64,000 bases of DNA, from positions 41,788,001 through 41,852,000 of the forward strand of contig NC_083288.1 of assembly GCF_963506605.1 (NCBI RefSeq), written 5' to 3'. The notes below the pieces were generated by a model. The model saw nothing but the letters and a program-made list of their open reading frames with translations, was not told the origin of the DNA and did not search any database. The DNA comes from Zootoca vivipara (lineage: Eukaryota). Each line of letters begins with the position of its first letter. The first letter of the stretch is position 1. The position numbers were made by a program, and so were the translations under genes. Positions 1 to 12,823 of the stretch are shown piece by piece.

Positions 1-557
1 TGCAGAACATACTGATGAAATCCTGGTGGGTTTCTGAAGTGAATTTCTAAGGTTATAGCGCCATTGAATATTCCTGAATCCCAATACCTTTGAAAGACAA
101 ATGAAGCAAACTCAACCTGGGCTGTTGTTATCCATACTTTACTTTTTACATTCTTTGTTATGTCATCATGGTTTGATATGTATGAAAGGACCATAAAAGT
201 TGCCATGGAATAAGATTCTCCAGAGGCAACCACTACATTAGCTTTGCTGCTAAAAATTTTATTGCTTATTATTGCCCCCTGTGTTACCATGCCAAAAATT
301 TCAGAAATAAAAGTAAAATTGGGGATTCTTTCTAGGAATGCAAAGCAGACACCATTCTTGGTAAACATTGGGGAAATGGTTTGCACAAATCTTTCTCCAT
401 TGTCATTGTCTGTTGCAATGACTCCAATCCACGTCCACCTGAAATGCAGAAGCAAAGAGAGAATTCCCTTATACTGAAGGGCTTCTGGGGCTGCCATCTG
501 GTAGAAGCGAAGCCCTGGGCTTTTATCATTCATCACTGGAGCAGAGCCGTAAATGAG
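1..557 (-). CDS. V2R-A exon 3 (partial, truncated by the window edge)
   Basis: Manual translation LIYGSAPVMNDKSPGLRFYQM...LLHFRWTWIGVIATDNDNGERF...KVWITTAQ is open to position 1; acceptor tttag|CTC. Not in the ORF track because it has no stop in the window. Confidence 0.9.
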
Positions 558-832
558 CTAAAGCGGGAATGGAGGAAGAGAAGAGACAAAGTAATAGTTG
601 CAGAATTCTTTCAAACTACTCATATACATTATGTAGTGAATCCTGTTAGTCAGATATGCCCTTGGCCACCCACCAGGCATTGCATGCCCTCTCTCATTTA
701 CATAAATGACAAACATGCATATGGTCTGGAAATTGGGATCATCTCCCATTCCTGTTTTTTACACATTTGTTCTGTTGACCCGAAATGGGCATACTTTCAA
801 AATTTGGCAGGGTCTTGTACGATGGATATAAT

Positions 833-1195
833 GGACCCAGGTGGCGCTGTGGTTAAACCACTGAGCCTAGGGCTTGCTGATCAGAAGGTTGGCGGTTCGA
901 ATCCCTGTGACAGGGTGAGCTCCCGTTGCTCGGTCCCAGCTCCTGCCAACCTAGCAGTTCGAAAGCACGTCAAAATGTAAGTAGATAACTAGGAACCGCT
1001 ACAGCGGGAAGTTAAACCGCGTTTCCATGTGCTGCTCTGGTTTGCCAGAAGCGGCTTTGTCATGCTGGCCACATGACCTGGAAGCTGTACGCCGGCTCCC
1101 TCGGCCAATAATGTGAGATGAGCACGCAACCCCAGAGTCGGTCACGACTGGACCTAATGGTCAGGGGTCCCTTTACCTTTACCTTTACCTTTACC
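833..1195 (+). mobile_element. Sauria SINE (full length)
   Basis: tRNA-like head ggacccaggtggcgctgtggttaaacc, B-box ggttcgaatcc, (ACCTTT)n tail, and a degenerate ~15-bp TSD cttgtacgatggata / cttgtataatggata. Confidence 0.92.
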
Positions 1196-1902
1196 TTGTA
1201 TAATGGATAAAACTGATTGGAGGGACACACCATACCCTAAACAGAGGATTGCCTACCCCTACATGAGACATTATTTACTGTAGCCATGTCAGAATTGCAA
1301 CTTGGGTTGGATACAAATTCCTTCTCTCAAGCTTCTTTTGTCTTCACTATGCACATACCCCAACTGACACGACTTCCATTTCTGCTCCTCCTCTCCCAAG
1401 GCTTCTCAGACTTCACTTATGAACATTTATTTCACGATTTCATTTCTGCCTCCTCTTTTTCAAGACTTCTTAGACTTTGTCTAGGAACACTTATTTCACT
1501 TTGTAACCAGCTGCTCAAAACTATTGATGTTCTCCTGCAGAACTGGACGGTATCTGCAATTTGCCATAACTCCAGAGTATGTTTAACTTGAAAGCCCTTT
1601 CCCCCTAAAGATTCACATTTTGGGTGTGGTGTTCTGAAGAGGAATAATAATTCTTCTTGGACTTCCTTGTGAATTTTTATCCTGTAAGCAATTCCCCCGC
1701 TTCCCCTGCAACTCAATTCAGTTACCGTTTTCATTAAGCAGGAAATGCTTCATATCCAAAACTGGCTGGTGAGGGTGGAGTGCATGGTTCTGCCCCCAAT
1801 TTCATCCTCGCCCTGAAGTGGGAATACACTCTGAACTGGTGCTGTGAATTCAGCCTCATTCTCTATGCAAGCTAAGAGAGGTATTGTACATGGGTGTCTT
1901 AC

Positions 1903-2194
1903 CTGTGGAATCTTATAGATATCCAACACTGTTGCCACATAAAAGGAGATTTCAGAATCAAGTCCCCCAACGACCCCAGCCAGATTATTTTCAACACCAC
2001 ATATATAATTTGGGACAAATTTCTTCACCCTGGATAAAAGCAGCAGTGTGGCAAGATACGTGCTCCTTGCATTTTTATAGCTGTCATATAAGTGAAACCC
2101 CAAGGTGATATTGGGTAAGATGTGAGGGTCTTCATTGATCTCCTTGACTGCAAATGCCAAGGCCACGATGTGCTGGTAAAGCTTAGGCACCACC
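1903..2194 (-). CDS. V2R-A exon 2 (292 bp)
   Basis: [33 protein letters not shown]...YKIPQ; ttctag| acceptor and |gtaaga donor. Confidence 0.93.
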
Positions 2195-2276
2195 CTAGAA
2201 TGAGATTTGAAAACAGTATCAGAAGGAACAGATATGATTAGGAATAGTTAATCTTACAGAGTTCAGTGGAGTTAAC

Positions 2277-2860
2277 TCCCTGTCCATTCCACTGCTGAAC
2301 AGTTCTAATAATCAGCAAGTACTTCCTGATATTTACACAGAATCTCCTTTCTTGCAACTTGAATCCATTGGTTCTGGTCCTACCCTCTGCAGCAAGAGAA
2401 AACAAGCTTGCTGCATCTTCCTGGTGACAGCCCTTGTGATATTTGAAAATGGCTATCCTATATCCCCTCAGTCTTCTAATTTCATAGCTAAATATATCAA
2501 ACCCACTCAACTTTTCCTCATAAGGATTCGCTTCCAGACCCTTGATCATATGTGGCCGCCTCTTCTGCACATGTAGCTTCTCAGTATCCTTCTTAAATTT
2601 TGCTGAGCACAACGAAACACAATACACTAGGTGTGTTCTGCGCAATGCAGAAGAGATCTCTTCTGGGTTTTTTGTTTTGTTTTATTGAGGCACTATGCTT
2701 CTGTTGATGCAGACTCGACCCTTTTCAGAGGTACTACTGGCAAACCAGGTGTTCCCCATCTTATATTTGTGCAGCTGGTATTTCCTGCCTAAGTGCAGAA
2801 CCTGACATTTGTCCCTACTGAAATTCATTTTGTTAGTTTTGTCCCAGTTCTCCATTCTGG
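2277..2860 (-). mobile_element. CR1 LINE 3' fragment
   Basis: Translated pieces FSRDKCQVLHLG, RRLRG..IAIFKY and RTRTNGFKLQERRF are typical of the CR1 ORF2 C-terminus. Confidence 0.88.
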
Positions 2861-3442
2861 TAAGGCCAATGGTTTCTAGACCAAGGGTTGCTAATGTGGT
2901 GCCCGTAGGAACTTTGAACTCCTGGGGTCTTTCCCTGAAACATCTGAAGACTTTTTCTGACATTTACAAAGTTTCTGAGCTCTCTCCTGCAATGACCCCT
3001 TCCTTACTAATGAGGCAGAGATGGTGGTTGCAATTCACAGAATTCTATACTTCATATTATAAGCCTAAGATCAGGAAATGAAACAATATGAGCATTCAGC
3101 TTCTATAAAGCTTTTTAATTCATTCTCACTAACACTCCTGTTCAGATAAAGTCTATCAAAATTGGCTGTTTAAAAGGGCTATCTCAGACACATAGATATG
3201 TACCAGTATACATTTCAATACATTTATATTCATTTCCCTATCAATAAATGGGATCTTCTAGAGTATTCTCTTAATTCAGAAGACATTCCTATGTATTTTT
3301 ACATCAGCATATGTCCCAATGAAATCAAAAGTGGTTATCCCTAGGTCAATCGGTAGAAGCTTGCAGTCTAAGTTGTTATGCTGAGGCTGCAATTCTACGT
3401 GATCATTTCTCTGCAGTAATAAATGAGTGACTTAGTTCTTAC

Positions 3443-3660
3443 ACAAGCTCTTCAGGCAGCGCTGGTGGAGGTTCCTCAGTCAATGTTGCTGGAGAGGAGA
3501 TGAAGCCACCATGGAAAACAATGCCACCAATGAGGAACTCTCCTGGCTGATGATACATGTGAAGTGGACGGTGTGGACTTTGGAGCCTGCATTTTGCTAT
3601 GTGAGTTTGACATACATTGTAAGAAATCAGTTCTAGCAGCAAGACGATTAAAAGCAGCAT
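3443..3660 (-). CDS. V2R-A exon 1 (signal peptide)
   Basis: MLLLIVLLLEL...YHQPGEFLIGGIV...; 218 bp, phase-2 donor |gtaaga compatible with exon 2. Confidence 0.88.
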
Positions 3661-4557
3661 CCATACAAGGGCAACTGTTTGTTCTACACAGAAACCATGA
3701 TTTCTCTGGCAATAGTATTATCAGCTTCTCCACGATAAAAATTGTCTCATTTGGATCGTAGTTAAGTTTCCTGAGAGGATGCAATCTGGGAGTATCCCAG
3801 ACACTATTTAAGTAATTCTGGTTAAGTTGCAGTATCCTTTGTGTTATGTTGCCAGTTGCCAGTGAGATCACTTCTCTCTTGTTGCTGGGGGATTTTTGAG
3901 GAGGAGCAGATTTAATCATAGACCTGTTAATAACCAAGGAGAAATCTACCGTAGGTACAGTATTTCATGCTAGGGATTCCCTGTGGAATTGCTGAAGGAA
4001 ATGTGTTTGTCACATATTCAGGACTGTTATTTTTAATTTCCTTAATTAGATAATAAGTGACCAGTGGTGTATTGGTGAAGTTTGAAGTTCTTCATAGAAG
4101 ACCTTGCATCCAAAGGAGATCAAGATGTGTAGTATGGTGTAGTCAGGTTCCTGGAATTTGGCTGAGCAGATCTGGATTTACACCAGCCACGTGACATGAC
4201 TGCAACCCTACACGTAGTAGTTACTTGGGACTAAGCTTCCATGGTTTTTTAAATCACTTGTGAAATATGGTGAATTTTACAACAACATCTTTAGTAGTCT
4301 GAAATGAAACCTTTCACTTTTAATTCAAAATTTAAATTATTTGTTCCTAAGGGTTCCTTTTTAAACTTTAGTATGGGGGGGACATTAAATTCAGAGAAGA
4401 ATGAAGAGTGACTCTGCTATGGTTCATGCCCACATAGCTGTCTGTGTTCCTTGTTGGTATCAGAGTACTTTGTCAGGGGAAAGTCCAGGGAGACAAGCTA
4501 CATGGGCTGCTCTATGGACTTTGGGGGACAGTTTTGTCAAATAGACTTCTTCATGCT

Positions 4558-5459
4558 TTAATTCTTTCTTATGATAAGCTGCCCCCTGCTGTTTAACTCC
4601 GGCCTCAGCAAAATGATATAACATTTGGGGGAAAAGATGCAGCCCAATAATCCAAAACTAGAGGCCAAAATAGAAAAGATCTCCACAGCCACCATGTACT
4701 TTCCCTTGGTACTCAGGTAGGTAGGAACAAATGACAGCCACACACTGCAAAAGACCAACATGCTGAAGGTGATAAATCTGGCTTCATTAAAACTTGCTGG
4801 TAACTTCCTGGCTAGGAAGGCTACACTGAAACTGACAATGGCCAGCATTCCCATGAAGCCTAGGACACAGTAGAACATTGTGACTGACCCTTCATTACAT
4901 TCCAGAACAATTTCTTTAGTTACAGATTGCATATCCAAATCTGGGAATGGGGGAGATGTTGCCAGCCACACACTACAAAGAATGGCTTGAATCAAGCAGC
5001 AGAAAAGAACAATGGAGGTGGCTTGTTGTTTCCCCACCCATCTCCTCATTCTGGACCCTGGCTTGGTAGCCATGAAAGCTAGAACCACTATAGTTGTTTT
5101 TGCTAAGATGCAAGACACTGCTACTGAGAAGATCATTCCAAAAGCAGTTTGTCGAAGAAGGCAGGTCATTTTTGTGGGCTGGCCAATGAATAGTAAAGGA
5201 CAGAGGAAGGAGAGAAGGAGGGCTAGGAGGAGAACATAGGTGAGGGTCCGATTGTTGACTTTTACAATGGGAGTTTCTTTGTGCTTGATGAAGATCCTAA
5301 GCACCGAAGCTGTAGTGAAAGTCAATAAAAGAGCAAAAGTGGCTAAACTGATTCCTAGAGGCTCATTGTAAGACAGGAAGCTTATATCTTTTGGAAGACA
5401 TATATCCTGGCCAATGTTTGGGTACTGATCTTCTGAACATTGAAAACAATCATCCATGT
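4558..5459 (-). CDS. V2R-B exon 6 (end of cysteine-rich domain plus 7TM domain)
   Basis: DMDDCFQC...[11 protein letters not shown]...SCILAKT...ECNEGS...[18 protein letters not shown]...VEIFSILAS...PKCYIIL: the class C GPCR/V2R 7TM signature. Confidence 0.96.
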
Positions 5460-5856
5460 CTGAAAACAAAAAACAAAAACATGTTTACTGAAGACTTTTA
5501 GAGTCCATTGGTGGTAGGGGGAAAGGCTTTTTTGTTTTATATCCCATTTTTATTTGACTCTTCAAAGCATTCAACAATATTTAGAAAACAAGGCAAAACT
5601 ACCAGCCCCTTGAAACAGCAGCGAGCACCAGATATTTCTTCAGTGAGCTCTGTCTTTAGCCAACTGAACCAGGCCCTGATGTGGTCTTTTGCTCTGTTAT
5701 TAATTCCCACAAGGCAAGTGTCTGTTGGCCCTAGACCACATTTTCCCCCTCACATCTCTCATTTAGTGTCATATTTGTGGAAATAATGCAGATAGCTGCA
5801 CACTTCATAAGCTACTTCAATATTTTGGTGGAATGCAATTAAATCTCAGCAGACTA

Positions 5857-6201
5857 CAACCCTCCAAGTGTCCGTATTTTCCAGGGATGTCCTGATTTGA
5901 TCCCCAAATGTCCCACATTTAGGATGTCCCTATTTTCATTGGTAAAATGTTGGAGGGTATGGTGGGATCAGCCTATTTTCGTCAGAGTAATGTTGGAGGG
6001 TATGGAAAAATCTGAAACTCGAGCCTTCTGAAGGCAGCCCTAAATAGGGAACTTTTTAAATATCTAATGTTTTATATATATATTGGAAGCTGCACAGAGG
6101 GCAACCCAGGTAGATGGATGGGGTATAAATAGTAAAATTATTATTAGTACTATTATGAAATAGGACATCCTTTTTTGATCAGAGAAATGTTGAAGGGTAT
6201 G
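5857..6201. mobile_element. Non-autonomous DNA transposon (hAT-like) relic
   Basis: Ends caaccctcca...ttgaagggtatg; aatgttggagggtatg is repeated internally; both flanks contain agacta. Confidence 0.55.
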
Positions 6202-6428
6202 AGACTAAAATTTGTTTTAATGATAGGAAGGGCTCTGTTTGCTTGGACCTGGTCTTTGGTAAGGCTTTAGCTGAGCTGAGAGCATATACAGATTAAAGAA
6301 AACACAAGACTCATTAACAGCCCGGAGTGACCTTCTTGAACGTTTGTATACCCTAGGGAGGGTCAAAATCATGTTTCAATAAGGAAGCACACATACATCT
6401 CTATTTAACATTTTATAACTTTCCTTAC

Positions 6429-6555
6429 CTTTCTGGTTGGAGATCTTTCCTTCTGGACATGGAATGCAATCATAGCAACAAAATGGTTTCCCTTCCTTCT
6501 TGGTCCGACTATAACCTGAACCGCAATGATCATTACATATAGAAATGGGCCGGGT
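6429..6555 (-). CDS. V2R-B exon 5 (cysteine-rich domain, 127 bp)
   Basis: TRPISICNDHCGSGYSRTKKEGKPFCCYDCIPCPEGKISNQK; tacag| and |gtaagg. Confidence 0.94.
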
Positions 6556-7639
6556 CTGTACATAAATATTAGAATATAATGTTTTAGGTAATATCATGAG
6601 AGAGTATTGTGAATGCAGTGGACTTTTAGAACCTCCACCATGACTTGAGTCCCTGGCTCACATTATGGCACAGTATGGTTTATTTATATAACACTTTTTA
6701 GATCATCACCAAAGACCACCAAACCGGTGAGCAACATAAATGCAGCTGTATATATGCCATTAAATCAAATCATAAATTGTCATTAAAATCTACAACACAT
6801 GTTAAAACAAACCAAAGGAATGTACATCAAACAAAAGAGGTGGTCTTAATTGTCATTAATTGCATCTTCACCAATCAATAGTAACTATAAAATGAGGATG
6901 TTTGACATGCCTCTGTGGGGAAGGGGACATATTTTGGGAGCTGCCACAGAGGAACCACAGAGAGACTGCCATGCCCTAGGTTTCTGAACATGGCAGAAGT
7001 ACCCAGAGGGACCTTTTGCCTATCTTTATACCCAAAAGAGTCCTTATGGAAAGACACAGGCCTTCAGATATGTAGGGCCTCAATAACCTCATAAATAAAT
7101 ACTTTATTTATTTATTTATTTATTTATTTGATCACTGAGGCCTGGCATACTTTATTTATTTATTGATAAATTTACTTGCCACCTTTCTGCAAAAGGTCAA
7201 AAAATGGTTAACAACAGAAAACAGCAATCGTGCAACACAAAGACTTAAAATAATTATTTTAATCAAATTCAAAACAAAAGTAAATGTATATTGGAATAAG
7301 TGTGTCGTCACTTGTTTCATTTACACTTCTACAGCCAGCTTATTAGGGGTTTGAATTCCAGCTTATTAGGGGTTTAAATTCCAGTGATAGTTTGTGAAGC
7401 TAAAATTGCACATAATCAGAACATATTGGATTCAATGGTGGGTGGGATCCCCCCCCGACTTCCACCCCCTTTAAATATTTTATTTATTAATTTTGCCGAG
7501 CACATAAAGCTGAATGACCACAAGTTAAATGTGTGATGTAAGTAGTGAGCTCTCCTGCGCTGTGCCTGCCTGCCCGCACCACGGCGCCAGGGGCGCTTAA
7601 GACGGCCCTGTTCTAGTGCAACAGAAAACCTTGATGGAA

Positions 7640-7826
7640 GCCAGAGTGCACGGAAACACCATTTACCTTCCCACCACAGTGGTAGTTACCTGTACTGGTA
7701 TGCTTTCGAACTACTGCATTGGCAGAAGCTGGGACCGAGCTACAAGAGCTCACCCCATTGCATGAATTTGAACCACTGATGTTTTGATCGGTAAGCCCAA
7801 GTGGTTTAGACCACAGTGCCATCCAC
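7640..7826 (-). mobile_element. Older, partial Sauria SINE
   Basis: Reverse-complement similarity to the SINE head and core (gctttcgaact, gctgggaccgagc, gagctcacccc). Confidence 0.75.
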
Positions 7827-8152
7827 TTCATTCAGCTGACAGTAGTGTTCAATATGGAGAGATATTGGTACTTACCTATCCTGCCATCACATGCTTAATG
7901 AAAAGGGGTTTTAGCAAAAAAAACAAACCAAGAACCAAGAAACAAACAAACAGTGAAGGATCATGCCTAATGTTAATCGGGAGTGGGTTCTAGAGTGTTG
8001 GTGCTACTGCTCTGAATGAATGATTCCTTGTAAGTGCAGAAGGAACATTAAGTGGCACATGAATGTTCAGATTGAAGAAGGCTCACTATATTTACAGAAT
8101 ACTGAGAAACAGCAGGTGATGGAATGAACCCTGAAAAGTGCAGAGAACCCAC

Positions 8153-8380
8153 CTGGTTAAATTGGCTGGGCCATACAATGGCATCCTCATGAATGGTGAA
8201 CGATTTTTCCTCGGTACCCACAGAGTCTATCTTCCCAATTTTGACTCTAAGAAAGGACTGATTTGGAAACATGAGCCAGTTTATAATGTCAAAGTCAGCA
8301 ATTAATTTGCCATTTTCGTCAAAGTGCACCCTTTCTCCAGCACTGTTGTTAAATGAAATACTTCTGAGAATGTGATTGAG
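8153..8380 (-). CDS. V2R-B exon 4 (228 bp)
   Basis: LNHILRSISFNNSAGERVHFDENG...FDIINWLMFPNQSFLRVKIG...WPSQFNQ; GT/AG flanks. Confidence 0.94.
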
Positions 8381-8613
8381 CTAAATAATAAAAACAAGAA
8401 GGAAAAAAATATATAAATGTTCCAATTACGTTATCATACAACATGGTGAAAATACATCCAAGGTCCGTGATTATGATCCCATGAAAGCTTTGTGCAAGCT
8501 AATGTTAGAAACAGCAAAAGGTCACATAAAACCCTACATCATAGAACATAGGCCACATCTGCACCACTACTTTAACTTTCACTGTTTTGGCTTACACTAA
8601 GGAACCTTATGAA

Positions 8614-8978
8614 GGGGACCCAGGTGGCGCTGTGGGTTAAACCACAGAGTCTAGGGCTTGCTGATTAGAAGGTCGGCGGTTCGAATCCCTACAATGGGGT
8701 GAGCTCCCGTTGCTCGGTCCCAGCTCCTGCCCACCTAGCAGTTCGAAAGCACATCAAAGTGCAAGTAGATAAATAGGCACCGCTCCGGCAGGAAGGTAAA
8801 TGGCGTTTCCCTGTGCTGCTCTGGTTCGCCAGAAGCAGCTTTGTCATGCTGGCCACATGACCCGGAAGCTGTCTGTGGACAAATGCTGGCTCCCTCAGAC
8901 TATAGAGCGAGATGAGCGCCGCAACCCCAGAGTCGGACACGACTGGACCTGATGGTCAGGGGCCCCTTTACCTTTACC
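8614..8978 (+). mobile_element. Sauria SINE
   Basis: Same family as 833-1195; TSD taaggaaccttatg / taaagaaccttatg. Confidence 0.92.
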
Positions 8979-9016
8979 GTTAAAGAACCTTATGCATTGT
9001 AGGCTTATCAATGCAT

Positions 9017-9159
9017 AATCTCCTTCTTTGGAGGTCTTTAAGCAGAGGCTTGACAGCCATATGTCAAGAATGCTTTGATGGTGTTTCCTGCTTGGCAGGG
9101 GGTTGGACTGGAGGGAACTCGTGGTCTCTTCCAACTCTATGATTCTATGATTCTATGAT
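9017..9159 (+). mobile_element. CR1 LINE 3' end
   Basis: tctccttctttggaggtcttt...ccaactctatgattctatgattctatgat (ATTCTATG tail); reverse-matches 40160-40295. Confidence 0.88.
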
Positions 9160-9358
9160 CAAGAAAGGTTAAGATTTTTCCTTCAAGAGACCTCTACTAC
9201 ATTTAAAAGACCACAGTCCCCATGGTTTAAGTCTGTGGTATGGATGTATCTATTGTGGAGTGAGATATCACTCTGTTGCTGCAGCCCTGTTGCTGCTTCC
9301 GGTATTTGCAAAGCTGCAAGGAAAGGGCAGTGCCTTCTCCTTCTCCAGTAAGGCACCT

Positions 9359-9635
9359 GGGGAAGGGCATTGGCTCACTGGTGACTTATGCTTTAAATGC
9401 AAATGGTTCTAGGTTCAATCCCCAACAGCTCCATGTAGGGCTGGGAACATAGCTGCCAAGTTCTCCCCCTTTTTAAGGGAAATTCCCTTATGCTGAATAG
9501 GCTTCCTCGCGAGAAAAGGGAAAACTTGGCAGCTATGGCTGGGAAAGGTTTTTGCCTGAAATACTGGGGAGTTGCTGCCAGTCAATGTAGACTATGCCAA
9601 TCAACATGGACCAGTGGTATAAAGAAGCTTTCTAC
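9359..9635 (+). mobile_element. tRNA-derived SINE (Squam3-like), interrupted by a MITE
   Basis: ggggaagggcattggctcactggt...ggttcaatcccc...gtagggctgggaa...cctgaaa...gctgccagtcaatgtagac; a related copy is at 37421-37625. Confidence 0.6.
9448..9537. mobile_element. 90-bp hAT-type MITE
   Basis: TIR catagctgccaagtt; perfect 8-bp TSD gctgggaa. Confidence 0.9.
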
Positions 9636-9676
9636 GCAATGTAAAACACTCTGGAGAAATATTTGATACCCTAGCC

Positions 9677-9812
9677 CAGGCACCCCCAAACTGCGGCCCT
9701 CCAGATGTTTTGGCCTACAACTCCCATGATCCCTAGCTAACAGGACCAGTGGTTGGGGAAGATGGGAATTGTAGTCCAAAACATCTGGAGGGCCAAAGTT
9801 TGGGGATGCCTG
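9677..9812. mobile_element. 136-bp palindromic hAT-type MITE
   Basis: caggcacccccaaact...agtttggggatgcctg; perfect 8-bp TSD ccctagcc. Confidence 0.9.
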
Positions 9813-10264
9813 CCCTAGCCCCAACTTGGTTATTTATTTTGTTTTGTTTTTTTAAAACATCTTTCAAGCCCACTCCACCAAAGAACAGATGAACTTAAAA
9901 CTAACCAAAGTTTTAATCAAATAAATGAGGCTAACATCTACTCCCATCCTTCTCAAGGAATGGTTGAATTACATACTGGACAACATATCAGAGCAGCACA
10001 ATGTTTTGAAACTCCCTCCACAAAAAAGCTGCAAAGCTGCACCTGTTTCTTGACTGTGAAAGGGTGGAAAGGGATTATTTTACAAACTAAGAGGGGTTCT
10101 GTTAATTTCTGCTGCCCAGGCAAAATAAAAGGCTAGATGTATGGTAAAGTTTTTCTATGAGATTAACTTACTTGTTAATCTCATGGAAGGTTGAGAAAAC
10201 TCACCCATCATTTTTGCCAAAAAAGATATATAGGTATCTTCATTTTATCAGATCAAGAAATTAC

Positions 10265-11125
10265 CTGCCATGGTTGTTGATTTGGAAGCCCCCTTCCTAC
10301 TCCCATCGTCATCCCCCTGTGCTTTAGTTGGGATAAATGTCTGATGTGCAAAGCATGTGCCACCGCATAGACTGCATTGTAGATGGTGTAGCTATGAGCA
10401 GTCATTCCCATTTCAAAAACAGACATGGGAAGTGCCTCCATCTTCTCCTCCCCAGTGCAAATTTGCCCACCTATATGATCTGCCACAGAACTGGGGAATG
10501 AACAGTCAAATGACTCTTCCCAGAAGTCCTTGATAAAACCATCTTCTTTTCCTGTGGTTGGGTTCTTGATCTGAAGGAACTTCTGGAAAGGTAACAGGTC
10601 CACTGAATGAACTGCAAGGGACAGAGAACCATGAAGGAAACCTATGTCCCAATTTCTTTGAAATGGAAAGGATGTGATATCCACCTGGGCTGTCATGAAC
10701 CAGACTTTACCCTTGGTCCTCATTGGTATATGCTCAAAGTTTAAAACCTGGGGCACCATTTTCAGTGCCATCATGGTCTGAATTTCTCCATGTACAACCA
10801 CAACATTGGTAGTGCTTCCCATAAGAACACTGATAGTGTGAAAGCCCTCCTCCACCATGTCCGTGACACCACTGGATGTTGTTTGTTGGGGGAATTTTTC
10901 TATGAAGTCAAAGCAGATGCCGCTCTGAGAAAACATTGGAAGTACATTCTCTATAAACCCTTCTGTATTTTCCCCATCTTGAGAAACCACTCCAATCCAT
11001 GTCCACTGGAAATGCAGCAATAACTGGATAATTCCTCTATATTGATGGTCCCCATCTGGGAACATCTGGTGGAAGAAAACTCCTTCAGATTGTTTATTCA
11101 TGACTGGCGAAGAACCATATATGAG
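10265..11125 (-). CDS. V2R-B exon 3 (861 bp)
   Basis: LIYGSSPVM...HFQWTWIG...FWEESFDC...CTGEE...IYNAVYAVAHALH...PWQ; GT/AG flanks. Confidence 0.95.
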
Positions 11126-11573
11126 CTAAGGATTTTTAAAAAGAAGTAAGAGGGAGAAAGTGATTTTCAATATAAAACATTTGCTTGTGCGTATTTGTGT
11201 TCTGTGTTTGAATTTTTCATGATAGGCTTGTCATATTGTTGTGATTATATCCAAACATCTACAGAAATCCAATCCACCCTTCAATGCTTATATAAGGGGG
11301 ATTAATGCGAATGAAGGCCCATTGCTTCTATCAGTGAGAGGCAATATCACACAAAGGCACGGCTGAACTACTACTATGACACTGCAGACAGCAGTAGATT
11401 CAGTCCTGTTGGAAACTGTTTTGCCAACACATTCCCTGGAAGGAACATATTTATTTGACTAGTGATTTTGAACTAATATTCCCCATTGCCTTCCAAACAG
11501 AGACAGCTGCGCATTTTACAATTTGTGTTGAAGGAACAAATTTTTATCTTGAAGCTGCTCACAATAATGACAG

Positions 11574-11575
<2 letters not shown>

Positions 11576-11623
<48 letters not shown>
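11576..11623. repeat. (ATT)n microsatellite
   Basis: Direct reading. Confidence 0.95.
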
Positions 11624-11624
<1 letters not shown>

Positions 11625-12531
11625 AATCACAATAACAGTGCAAACTCACAGTGATTCAAAATATCAGAAATAGCTGCTGCAGGAGTGAATTCTCCAATGA
11701 TGAGTAGAGGATACAATCCTGCTAGGGTCACCTCCTTTTGTTCATTTTTAGCAGAGACCATACTGGTGAAGCAGATCCTACAGATTGCAGGATTGAATTC
11801 TCTGCTTACCTGCCAGGGTCTACTTTCCCTGTGCATTCCCTGCAAAGAACACACTGGTGAAGCAGGCGCCTGCAACTATCAGGACTGAATCCTCAACTCA
11901 CCAGATGCTCTGCCTAGGGGATTCCATCTGACTGTGTGTTTCAGTCAACTGCTTGCTACAATCACGTGCTGACAAATCTTCCTACCCAAGACCCTGCCCC
12001 TGAAAGCCTGGGAGCACTCCTGGGGGGGGGGGGAGACTGAATCTGGGACTGTCTCTACCTAGCTCATCTCATTCCACCCAAATTGGCCAAATTTATTTCA
12101 GGATCTGGGCTTTGACTGAATCTGATGCAAAGTCCTTGCAACTCCTTCTTGACTGCTCTCTCCCTGTGTTTGATGTGTGCATGGATCTGTCAATATTTAT
12201 CCCAGTTTTGTGTTTTTAAATCTTATGTTTAATTCTCCATACAATCACATCAACTAGCATTTTTTAAAGCCTCATGAAAATTCATCACTGACTAAATACA
12301 AATCTTATATACTATTTTTGCCTTATATGCACATTTTTGCAAATACACCAAAATAATGTTATTTTTTTACAAACGTGCATTTTTTAATGCACACTTTACT
12401 TTAATCTGTGCATTTTGGGACACATTATTTGACTGAATACATGCTTTGCACAATTTGGGGAAGTTTGAATTTCAGAGAATGGTTGCATGTGAATTCTGTG
12501 AAATTCTGATGTGAATGCATTTAGATCTTAC

Positions 12532-12823
12532 TTGTGGTATCTTGTAGGTAGACAGGATGGGTGCCATATGAAGACAGACATTAGAGTTAGGTCCCCCAAT
12601 GACTGCTATTGGAGTGTTCTCAGCATCACATTTATAGTTCGGGATGACCTTGGTCCTTCTGGAGAGAAGCTCTATTGAGGCTTCATAGGTCCAGCTTGCA
12701 CTGAAATGGCTGTTATATATGTGGAAGCCCAGGGTGACATTGGGCAAGATCTGGGGAGTTTCATTGGTCTCCTTTACAGCAAATGCCAAGGCTAAGATGT
12801 GCTGGTAGAGGTGAGTCAGCACC
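12532..12823 (-). CDS. V2R-B exon 2 (292 bp)
   Basis: [33 protein letters not shown]...YKIPQ. Confidence 0.94.

Larger units (their letters stand above)
1..3660 (-). other. V2R-A gene span (vomeronasal type-2 receptor), exons 1-3 only; the 3' part lies beyond the window start
   Basis: Three in-phase exons (3443-3660, 1903-2194, 1-557) with GT/AG sites encode a signal peptide and Venus-flytrap ectodomain. Confidence 0.9.

Noticed and set aside
835-850. CTCF-like word ccaggtggcgctg in Sauria SINE heads
   Set aside because: It lacks the 5' CC of the core motif and coincides with the Pol III A-box region.
833-920. tRNA-like sequence with A and B boxes (also at 8614, 19772, 36452, 9359 and 37421)
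   Set aside because: These are SINE heads that continue into SINE bodies and tails, not tRNA genes.
381-980. 199-aa plus-strand ORF
   Set aside because: An antisense shadow of V2R-A exon 3 running through intron into a SINE; no coherent protein.
4558-5459. High similarity of the V2R-B and V2R-D 7TM exons as evidence of gene conversion
   Set aside because: Many synonymous differences are visible, and 7TM conservation relative to the ectodomain is normal for V2Rs.
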